A DNA stretch of 64,000 nt, taken from contig CAIIXF020000001.1 of assembly GCA_903813345.2 (NCBI GenBank), positions 28,892,001 through 28,956,000 on the forward strand, in the 5' to 3' direction. Of this stretch, positions 1 to 11,500 are shown piece by piece. The notes beneath the pieces are model-generated. The model saw only the letters and a list, made by a program, of their open reading frames with translations. It was not told the DNA's origin and ran no database searches. The translations under genes were made by a program, and so were the position numbers. This DNA comes from Owenia fusiformis (Eukaryota). The first letter of the stretch is position 1. Each line of letters opens with the position of its first letter.

Positions 1-329
1 ACAAAATAAGATTTTCTTGGAATGTGTACATTCTCCAATTTTGAAAACCCAAAGGCAATGCTTATGTATGAAATATGGGAAGTTGCCTACCCTTCTAGTT
101 GAACGCCCATGATATAACTAACTTTCATATTTGACTAATCACAAGCTGCGCCTTCTTCATTTATATTCATGTCCATGTACACTTGTACAGTAGTGATCTT
201 GGGAATGGTACATCTGAAGTATTTATTCCTTTGGTAGAATAATTCGATTTCTAAATGGATGGCTCAGACAACAGTTAAGCATCATATGTAAGACAACAAT
301 GGCAAACACAAAATATTTATGACTGACTT

Positions 330-792
330 TTGACCTTTCTGGTAACATTGAATTTCTGAGAACTTGTAGATGATTTTGAAAAAAAAATTGACCTTGAGAA
401 GATCATTGAAGGTCAATTTTTTTACCTTGAGAATGTCATTGAAGGTTAAATCTATAGTCAGATTTGAACTTTTGAGAACTTGAAGATGATTTTGAATAAA
501 ATTGGTCAATTTGAAGCAAGTTGAAAAAAGACCTTTTGACCTTTTTTGACCTTGAGAAGGTCATTGAAGGTCAGATGTTAAATCTAAAGTCAAATTTGAA
601 CTTATGATACCTTGAACATGATTTGAAAAAAATTGAAGTCAGTCTACACAGTATTTGTTAAGTTATTGGAAGAATTTGTTACAGATGCCAACCGCCGCCT
701 GCCACCCACCGATCGCCAAACACCAACCACCGCCACAAAAAACGGTCACCATAACAATATGTCACCACTTCTTGGTGGTGACATAGTTAAAA
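330..792 (+). mobile_element. Non-autonomous Helentron/HINE-like interspersed repeat
   Basis: Internal TGACCTTGAGAA..TCATTGAAGGTCA tandem repeats, a C/A-rich tract, and a terminal hairpin ATGTCACCAC-TTCTTG-GTGGTGACAT near 759-784 followed by an A-rich end. Related shorter copies at about 54335-54457 (+), 26900-27010 (-) and 62395-62480 (-). Family assignment is inferred from architecture only. Confidence 0.45.
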
Positions 793-2520
793 GCCAGAAT
801 ATCTACTTGTATTTCACAAGTACATACTGAATTGTTCACAAAAACTGACTTTTTACATGTAGGTAAAAATATTACGAATGGATATGGTTAATGACCGAAT
901 TCAGGTATTTATGATTAAAATGTAATTATAGTGCAGTCAGAATGTGGGTTTCGGCGTGCGTTCAGAGGGATTTTATGGGACATAATTTTTCATGTTACTA
1001 CTATGATTATACATATTTGTATGGATTATTAGATCTTAGTTTTTCAGCTTTTAGATTTTGTGGCCATTTTACCCCCCATGGGCTTAAATTTGGACCCCTA
1101 CTATAAAATTGGGCAAGAACTCAAAAAATACTCAGTGGAATGTTTCCAAATTACAAAGTTATATTGGTATAGGCTAACTGAATATATGATAAAAATTTCA
1201 TGTCACATGGTTAAGTGGTTGCCATGGAAATGGATAAAACATGCCCATCGGGTGTCAATTTTCAGGCCAATTTTTCAGGACTGACAGAGTCATTTCATGG
1301 ATATTTTGTCACCAATGTGTTAGGAAGGGTTAAAATGTAAATAGAAAACTTCTATAATATATTAGCAACAACTGTATGTAAAGATCAGTCCACAAAACCT
1401 CAGATTTTGGCCTTGTATTGGTCCATGACTTATACAGGGGTCTATTTCATAGACTCGAGCTCCCACATTGGATGGATGCTATAACTTTTGAAATAATGGA
1501 GATACAGGTCTCATTTTTTCAGATCTTCATAAATGGTTAGTTTTAAGTATTTTATTTTACTTTGGGAGCTGACATGTGATTGGTTGCCATGGTAACCAGG
1601 GTTTTAAGGAAATTCTGACCCCCAGATTGGATGGATGCTATAACTTTTGAAATAAGGAAGATACAGGTCTCATTTTTTCAGATCTTCATAAATGGTTGGT
1701 TTTAAGTATTTTAATATACGTTGGGAGCTGGTATATGATTGGTTGCCATGGTAACCAGGATTTTAAGGAAATCCTGACCCCGACATTGGATGGATGTTAT
1801 AACTTTTGAAATAAGGGAGATTCATGTCTCATTTTTTCAGATTTTTGACAATGATTGATTCAAAGTATTGATTTAGACTTTGAGAGCTGAAATTTGATTG
1901 GTTACCATGGAAATCAGGGTTTTGTTGAAATTCAGACCTCCACAAGTGATGAACACTATGACTCTTAAATACAGCCAGATAAGATATAATCTTTTCAGAT
2001 GTAAGATAATAATAATATGTGTGTATTTTATTAGACTTTGGAAGCTAAGATTTATTTGTCTGCCATGGGAACCATGTTTCATTGTCATGGTAACTGCTGT
2101 TTTCGTTTTCAGATTCACCTTTATTCTAGATAGGTCACATGACATAAAATACCAAATTGCTCAAAGTTACCATTTTATTCTTAATTTGGGGATTTTTTTC
2201 TATTTTATATGATTTACATGCTCATGACTCAATAATACTAGAGATGCAAACATTGTTTGACTCATAAAATATCAAATACTAGTAAACAATACATGTATGT
2301 CTGACAATATTGCCTTATTCCATACGACTAGTTCTTACAAAAGTTCTGACTCCTAATTTGTTCATCTGTACTCATCATTACTGTTTTCATTTAGCACAAT
2401 TTCCTCTTAACATCAATTTCTGTTGGAATGAAGGATTGTTTTGACCATTCTTGAGATAAGGATCCTCAGGGGATATAGTCCACTCATGCAGTATTGGACT
2501 TGGCAGAATGGGTTAAGACT

Positions 2521-3011
2521 GGTCCCTGTGGGTTCACTGTATATAAAATTTGGCTGGGATCCTAGGCTGAACCCTCAGCTATCAATATGTTCCCATCCAA
2601 TCTGTCAAATTCGAATGTGTTCCGATATCAACCAAAATAATGCCAAAAAGCCATACCAAATGCCCAAATATAGGACCAGTGCCATACCAAATATCAAGAT
2701 ATGAAAACATGGCCATTCAAAATTTCTAATGCCTCGAGAAGAAGGCAGATCATTGAGGAAAACAACCAAAAACAACCTCACATTAAGGATATACTAGATC
2801 AATGCCATACATGTACAACAAGTGAGGGGCAACATATTTTTCACGACCATTCCCAAATCCGACCTTTGCCATACCTCTCAAGTCATAATTGGGAGAGCAT
2901 TCTCATACCAGATCCTAAAATTTGGGTCCATTGCCATATCAAATGTTAAAAGTAACCCTCCTGAGCTGAGGATCCCCTCAAGGTTTATATACAGTGAACT
3001 CCTGGGAGACC
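2521..3011. mobile_element. MITE nested in the left arm of the Academ relic
   Basis: Imperfect ~45-bp TIRs (CCCTGTGGGTTCACTGTATATAAA.. versus ..TTTATATACAGTGAACTCCTGGG). The segment has no counterpart in the right arm. Confidence 0.6.
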
Positions 3012-3452
3012 TCTGTTTATTTAGTAATGTTTCTCCTTCCAAATTTATGTTTTATCATCCATCCTCTTCAAATGTTATAATGAGTAATCATTACAAGGTG
3101 GAAGAGTTCATCATTTAATTCATTGCATTTTATTAGCTGCTATGAAAGCAGTGAAGGACCAATCTTGAAAGATGGGAAGAGTTGAAATGTCAACACCTCC
3201 ATAAGTGAGGGCAGGACTGTTATGTTTTGGAGAATATCTTATGTGAAACCGCTCATATCGTTATCTATTGATGTAAGTTACAAATATATTTTTGTAATTC
3301 TGCTGTACTTTTACTGGTGAACAATTAAACTTTGGATTTTATTGTGTCAGGAATTTCTATATTGATTCCTATTATGAAGAGAAAATAACCTTAAGAACCT
3401 CAACTGATGTGAACTCTGTCCCATTAGATGTCAGAGGCTCAACCCAACCCCT

Positions 3453-3990
3453 GTAGCTGCAAATCTAGGACCAAGTCCTGTGTGAAGCTATATTAGCCTT
3501 CAATGCGTTTACTGGATCAGATTCCTCCAGTGCCTTTCTGAACAAAGGAAAAGTAAATCAACTGAAACGGAAGACAAACAATTCTTAAAGTTGTTTTCTT
3601 CAATAGGAAACAATATAGGAATTCCCGCTACCATAAAATCGAAAGTTGAATTTCACCTGCAAAAATACAGCAGAAATAGAAAAATAACTGCCACTTATAG
3701 ATTACGAGATGAGCTGTTTCCCATGAGATACAGAACAAAACAGAACAGTGCTGCCCTCACTTATGAAGGTGTTGACATTTTCTTTCACATTTGAAGAGGG
3801 TAAATTATCAAACCTATGTATGGACACATTCCCACCAGCCTAAACCCAGCTCTACCATTATGCCCAAACTGCATGAATGAACTGTGAATTCCCTGACGAA
3901 TCTTTAACACAAGAATGGTCAAAAGAATCCTTCTTTCCAACAGAAATAGTTGATATTTTTAATTAAGAGGCAATTGTGGAAGATGAAAAT
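3453..3990 (+). pseudogene. Degenerate C-terminal XPG/FEN-like (H3TH) region of an Academ-type protein
   Basis: VAANLGPS-CEAILAFNAFTGSDSSSAFLNKGK resembles the family pattern ALxAFHAFTGCDxxSxFxxKGK; ORF 3591-3794 continues it and RVNYQTYVW follows; frameshifts and stops throughout. Confidence 0.65.
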
Positions 3991-5583
3991 GATAATGATG
4001 AGTAAAAACAAGTTGGGTGTCAGAATATGTCTGAGAACTAGTAGAATGGAATGAGGCTATACTGTCAGACATACAGGATAAATTGCTAAAATTAAGAGCA
4101 AAATGATAATTTTGAGCATTTTGGTATAACATGTTGTGAATTGACCATTCTCAAATAAAGGTAAGCCTGAATAAAAAATTAGGGGTACCATGACGACGAA
4201 ACATGGTTACCATGGCAATCAAGTAAATGCTAAGCTACAAAGTCTAATTCAATACAGAAATCTAATTAATTTTTAAGATCTGAAATGATGATATCTGTAT
4301 CTGCTCAAATTCAAACGTTAAAGCATTTATCAATTGAGGAGGTCCAAATTTCAATAAGACTCTAGATATCATGGTAACCAATCAAATTTAAGCTCCCAAA
4401 GTCTAATTTAATATTTATTTAATATTTATAATCAATCATTGTCTAAGATCTGAAGTAATGAGACATGTATCTCCCTTATTTCAAAAGTTATAGCATCCAT
4501 CCAATGTTGGGGTCAGAATTTCCCTAAAACCCTGGTTACCATGGCAACCAATCACATGTCAGCTCCCAAAGTAAAATAAAATACTTAAAACTAACCATTT
4601 ATGAATATCTGAAAAAATGAGACCTGTATCTCCATTATTTCAAAAGTTATAGCATCCATCCAATGTGGGAGCTCGAGTCTATGAATAGACCCCTGTATAA
4701 GTCATGGACCAATACAAGGCCAAAATCTGAGGTTTTGTGGACTGATCTTTACATACAATTGTTGCTAATATATTATAGAAGTTTTCTATTTATATTTTAA
4801 CCCTTCCTAACACATACGTGACAAAATATGCATGATATGACTCTGTCAGTCCTGAAAAATTGGCCTGAAAATTGACACCCGATGGGCATGTTTTATCCAT
4901 TTCCATGGCAACCACTTAACCATGTGACATGAGATTTTTATCATATATTCAGTTAGCCTATACCAATATAACTTAGTAATTTGGAAACATTCCACTGAGT
5001 ATTTTTTGAGTTCTTGCCCAATTTTATAGTAGGGGTCCAAATTTTAGCCCATGGGGGGTAAAATGGCCACAAAATCTAAAAGCTGGAAAACTAAGATCTA
5101 ATAATCCATACAAATATGTATAATCATAGTAGTAACATGAAAAATTATGTCCCATAAAATCCCTCTGAACGCACGCCGAAACCCACATTCTGACTGCACT
5201 ATTAGGCCTGGAGTATCTTTTTAAATCTGTCAAAGGTTTTTCATAACACTTCAAATGAATATTTTCCAAATAAATCTAAAACAACAGAATAGTATATTTT
5301 TGCAATTAACAGATTCTCTATTTTATTGTATAACATGGACGGAATATGTTTGGTTTCACAAACTGTTATCACTTTGGCTTCAACCATATACAAATATGAA
5401 GATTCTTGAGGTAATTAAAGAACTTTTCCCCCTGCTGTTTTGGGAAAGGATGAATCCTACATGTAGCTGCAGCGCTGTCTGTATATCCAACTACAGAAAA
5501 AGCATTGTTATACATGTATATTCTTAGATGAGATCATGTACCATCATGCACCCCTGTGCACCATTTTCTGAGACATTTTCCGC

Positions 5584-8500
5584 TCAAAACACAATTTGCT
5601 CTTCATCCTGAACTCCTGATATATCATCCTGATATTCATCTGTCAGTTTACGCCACCAAGGCTGGTTCAATAGTTTTATTTCATTGATATGATTCTGTCT
5701 CGCTTTAGCAGCCACAGGAGCTGACCTACTGGTATACAGTTCAATGTCTTTATCACTTGCATCCACTAGGCTGGGGGCATCTGGAAGATATAATATGTAA
5801 ATACATGTGTACATGTACATATGTTAACATCCATATTCATTTGTATTGGGTCATTTTTCACAAACAAAAACTTATTTGATCATATTCACTTGGAATCATT
5901 TATTTACGAAATAAACATGTTCTCGGTTGATTTACATGATTCTGCTGAACTGTCCATAGTTGTATATATAGTTAATTTGATATACATGCGATGTATAATA
6001 ATCCAATGGCCCACGGAAATTATGACAACAGATTTCAGACAGATTTTTGCACGGACTTTCTGACCACAAAAACAAATGCATATTTAACAGTTTAAAGGAC
6101 AACTGAAATAGCTTTTCTCAGCTTGCAGCTACAAAAATGTGGTTTTCTCCATTGTAAGCCCAACGCAGAGTTCTTGCGATAGCCATTATAAAATAAATGT
6201 TAGATAACTGCTAACGCTCATAGATAACGAAATAAAAGTAACTGATCAATCAAATTGGCCCCCACGTGATTAGTAACGTCATATACAAAATATAGCTTTG
6301 GTTTATTGGTTCCTTAGTAATCACAATGTCACGGCAACCATAGGATTGTTGTGTAAACAAATAACAAAACATTTTGGCATTATGACGTCATGATCTAATG
6401 GACCAAAATGGGCCGCTGAGGGGCCAGTGAGAGATCACGTGGGGGCCAATAACGTCACAACCAATTCGAATATTGCTTATTAAGCAACTATAACGATCGT
6501 TAGAGTGAAATTATTTTCACACTACTGATGAGAAAACATGTCCAAATACATTTATCAAAAAGTTTATTGATTCCTTTAGGTTTTAAAATACCATTTCATA
6601 TCTGCTTTAATGTCAACTTTGATTACTACTCACAAAAAGCTAAAACTGTCTGAAATCTATTGCCTGATAACTTCCATGGCTTTTTCCCTGGATCCTCAGA
6701 AATTGAGCATTTTTGTGTTGCACAAATATGTACAGTATATAAGTATATGTTTTATGTATCGTATAACAAATAAATGTTCACTTACTCAGTAAAAGATCAG
6801 CATCTGTTTCAAGCCTTGCCAGCAAAGCTTCTCTCCGTTGTTCAAGTTTACGTATGGTCTTACACTGACTGATATGGCTCCGAATGGCATCCTGCACCTT
6901 GTTATGGAGTTCTTCCTGTTGGGGACGAGTCTTGGAGGGAAACTGAAAATATTTTAAATTACGGGGTACTTGCAACTTAATATTAATTTTAAAATTGTAT
7001 TTCTACTGTGTATCTGAAGATCACCTTGAGACTGTTATGTGTATTTAGCATAAACTTGAAGAAATGTTTTTTGGTAAAAAGTTATTTTTATCAAGAATCT
7101 CCACAGTCCACACCTGTATTTTTTTACATTTGTACCCTCTACATCTATTCATTTGACCTGATGTTGTCAAAAAGTGAAATACTCAATATTATGTAATTTG
7201 ATCAAGTATATAAAAGTGCTAAACATAATTTTATTTTTATTTATTTATTTGCCAACACTTTTATAACAGTGGCACATGGATTATTATCCAGTGCGGCTAC
7301 ATACAACCATACAGTATGAATAAAAATATACAGTCAATCAGTCATGTATAATTTCTTTAAAACAATGTTGCATATACTAAAAAAATAATCAAAGACATAA
7401 ATCTCTGGGCTTGTACAATTGGATTAAAAAGCGTTTTACAATGCTATCAAATGCGGCAAGACTCTTGCCCCCATTTTGAAAAAGTCTCATCAGCAAGCAT
7501 AAAGGTCAATTTCTCAGCCAGATTCCCCTAAATGAAATCAGAAAATAAATCGGAGGGACATTGCTTACAAACAGTGTGGAAAAAGGATTCACGTTCTTCT
7601 TTAAAATGTTCACACAGCAGCAACCTATGCTGTAAGTCTTCATGTACATTCAAACTACAAAGTTTACCTTTGCCATCACTTTTGCCCCATGCAGAGTAAT
7701 TGGATTGAAGGCAAAAATTGTTGGTTCTTGCAAGAAATTTGAGTCTAGAACCATAAAAATCAAAGTCTTGTTTTAGATAAAATTTCTTGGTATGGATGGT
7801 ATGGATATCTGAGAGTAATTCACAGTGAAATTACCATGGGCATTCATTAGATTGAAAGCCCATGGAAATTACCAAAGAAAAGAAGTCTATTGAGTATACT
7901 AGTGACTTGGTGAAGTACTAGCCATTTACAAATTGTCCATGATACATGTTCAAATACAATACCTTTCATATATTTAATTGATTTAATAATAGAGATCATT
8001 ACATAAATGTTACATCAATATCCCTTGAGGCAGTTGAAAAGATATTTAGCACTGAAATTTCACTAATGAATTCAAGTTGGCCTGTTAGCCAAGCCGTGAT
8101 CGTCTAGTGGTTAGGACCCCACGTTGTGGCCGTGGTAACCCAGGTTCGAATCCTGGTCACGGCATGGCCAACATTTTTTTATATTCAAATCCTGGAGGCT
8201 ATTTCATAAAAATTTAAAACTTTGAAATTGCGTTTATGATTTCAAGTTGGCCTGCTAGCCTAGCCGTGATCGTCTAGTGGTTAGGACCCCACGTTGTGGC
8301 CGTGGTAACCCAGGTTCGAATCCTGGTCACGGCATGGCCAACATTTTTTTATATTCAAATCCTGGAGGCTATTTCATAAAATTTAAAACTCTGATATTGC
8401 ATTTATGATTTCAAGTTGGCCTGCTAGCCTAGCCGTGATCGTCTAGTGGTTAGGACCCCACGTTGTGGCCGTGGTAACCCAGGTTCGAATCCTGGTCACG

Positions 8501-11500
8501 GCATGGCCAACATTTTTTTATATTCAAATCCTGGAGGCTATTTCATAAAAATTTAAAACTCTGATATTGCATTTATGATTTCAAGTTGGCCTGATAGCTT
8601 AGCCGTGATCGTCTAGTGGTTAAGACGCCACATTGTGGCTGTGGAAATCCAGGTTTGAATCCTGGTCACGGCATTTCCAATATATTTTTTTCTTTTGTAA
8701 TCCTCAAGGCTATTTCATAAGATTTAAAACACTGATATTGCATTTATGATTTCAAGTTGGCCTGATAGCTTAGCCATGATCGTCTAGTGGTTGAGACCCC
8801 ACATTGTGGCCGTGGTATCCAGGTTCGAATTCCTGTCATGGCATGGCCAACATTTTGATTTCGTTTTTCTGTATTTGAATCACTGAGCCTATTTCATGAC
8901 ATTTTTTACACATATTATTTCTGAAAAATCCATTCCAAAGTTAACAATTTATTTCGGAAATATCCTAGATTTTAATGTTCTTTGTGGAATAATGTTCCAG
9001 ATTTTGTAACAATTTTTTTGCTTGTTATTTAATGTCTCAATCTAATTTGGTCTCATAATTCCTTTTCATGCTTTTTAATACAAGAAGTTCATTTCTATCC
9101 CTGAATTAGTCTTAATAGGGAATTCATAGATTTTAAACTTTATTTTTTCATTTTTCAAATGTTCATATCCACATTCATTATCATGAAATATCTTAAAGTC
9201 AGGGTGCACTTTGATGAAATTACATGACCATGTGCTATTTTCAGATAAACATAACTCATTCCACACATCATCTACATCTTTCATTCTTGCACAAAAGATG
9301 CATTAGTGTACCTAGACTATTAATTAAGGGGTGGATAATTCTTCAGAATTTTTAAAATAATAGAATATTCAGTGGTTTACTTTTCAAGATTGCAAAAAAA
9401 ATTCAAAAGTGCACTCTGGCCTTAATCTAAGCTTGATATATTATACGAAATTATATTTGGAATGGTAAAGAATAAAATCAGATATATTTGGGAAATAATG
9501 CTCTAGCCTAGCCAAATGCATAGGGAGTAAGTCACCCCCTCCCTCTTATAGTCTATATATATATATAATATAAGTGATATTCGATGGTTTCAAAAGTGAT
9601 ATTCAATGGTTTCAACTTTAACTTTATTAATTCTGCTTGAGTCTCAGATTCCTCAAAATGATTTTTTCAAAATTTTCATTTTTTCTGATTGTTTAATGTT
9701 CGCTGGGATATAATTTCCCATGGGATAAACCTATGGTTTTGAAGATAATATCAATTAAATCCACTCATATCATACATCAATATCCACATATGGACATAAA
9801 TTATATTTTTTCAAAACCATAGGATAAAATTCAGAGTCCCTGGAATCAGACCTGGACCGTTCAATGGTAAAGTCAATTTTACCCCCAATATTATTCAATA
9901 GATTTCAATAGGAAGTAAGAGCCAGGAAACATTTAATTCATAAAATGGACATCCATGTTAATACTGACATCATGCTGAGGATGCAATTAACCAATTTGTT
10001 ACATCTACAAATAATAATTAATAATTTTGAATGTTTGGACATAATACCTGGGCTAATTGAAGAGTCAGAGATAGAGAAGAGGTGTCAAAAATAAAGCCAA
10101 AATGATAATTAACCAAATAACATGTTCTAAAACATCTAAAAAATATAATGTCTCCTAATAAGTTCCACATTTTATCAAATGGTGCAGTAATTAAAGAATT
10201 CATATGGAGATATGTGTCTACAATTCTATTTGTGTACATGGACCTCTGATGTGTACTTGCTTTGTCTTAATGTAAACCCACATTTAAAAACAACTTAAAA
10301 TAAATATTTTGAAGGGAGATGGGAGGGGGCTTCAAAAACCCAGATCATGTTAATTTCTATCAATAAAAATATGAAATATCCCTAGTTCTTGAGAATATAA
10401 ACCATTGAATATTAGGAAAGTAAAACTGAAAAGGAAATAAGATGAAAAGATTATGAAATAAGAATCTCTTATTTTACCTTTAATTTTCAAAGACAATATT
10501 ATCATTAGAGTTTGGTGTCAGGATGCCACAATGTTGAAGTATAAAAACATCTAAGATGTAAAAAGGAAATAACTTTTCTTGAATCTGGTTACTTCCTTTT
10601 GTTTCTTTTATTAACTGACAGAACTATCTAAGGTTCAATCAATGATAACAATCATAATCTAAGCTAATAACCCCAGATTGAACCTTAATTTATGACACTT
10701 TGTTTATCAGGTTAATTAGAAACAATAAAGGAAATATTGGCTAAATATCCCAATAGGAAGCTATTGTTTCAAACAAGAAACAATATTTAGTAATCAAAGA
10801 AATTAACCATATAAACACCAAAACAATCAAACACACAATACATCTTGATGCTAATTTTAATTACATGCGTTGGTAATTAAGGGGTTAATCTAGGTAATAA
10901 AAGCCCAAGAGTTGTTAAGTTGGTGACATTTTGAGAAGGTGTTTGGAGTGGAACAAAGGGTGTGGGTAATCCTGACTATAAACCCTGACCCTAACTCAGG
11001 GCCAACACTCTCAAATTTAGATGAAACATGGAACTCACAAACATGCGGATTAGGAGTATGGCATCCCCAGTTGGTAAGTTTTTGTTTTCATCATCTCCAT
11101 TGTTTGTGACATCTTCCTAATTATTATTTGTTTGTCATCAAACTGCTAATTAATGACATTATTGTTTGCAATGTAATGTGAATATAAAGATAGTCTCAGA
11201 AAGGGTACTGCATTCATTCAACAATGTATGGGACATTAACAAAGTGATTCTTTCAAGAATTTGATTTCGCATCTTTAAAAAGTTAAAACACAGTGGGACA
11301 GGATATTTTGTTCTATGTAGGACATAAGCAAAGATGCCATGGGTTCACATACAAGACTTTTTTTCAGGTAAATTAAATTGCCACAAAACTTGATGCAAAG
11401 ATTGACTGTGGTAGCTCAACTTAGATGGATAAAGACTCAACATATTTAAATCAATTAATTAATAAACTCTCACAGACTTCATTGACATGGAATTTAGATA

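Larger units (their letters stand above)
929..5201. mobile_element. Academ-type DNA transposon relic with a fold-back structure
   Basis: Termini TAGTGCAGTCAG...CTGACTGCACTA; TTA at 926-928 and 5202-5204 (3-bp TSD). The outer ~700 bp of the two arms are near-identical inverted repeats (the ORF track shows the same peptide at 1060-1284 + and 4846-5040 -). Internal + strand remnant reads CEAILAFNAFTGSDSSSAFLNKGK (3481-3552), then HI..RVNYQTYVW, resembling the XPG-like nuclease region of Academ-encoded proteins. Confidence 0.8.

Noticed and set aside
929-5201. CACTA/EnSpm assignment
   Set aside because: The CACTA pentamer is in the wrong orientation (the element starts TAGTG and ends CACTA) and the coding remnant is XPG-like.
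1060-5269. Duplicated small ORFs (MDPYYKIGQ...) as a gene pair
   Set aside because: They are the two arms of the inverted repeat; no coding signature.
8093-9400. tRNA-primed Pol III read-through transcript driving the hairpins
   Set aside because: Each intact tRNA is followed by a T7 terminator and the downstream region has many T-runs; kept only as a positional association.
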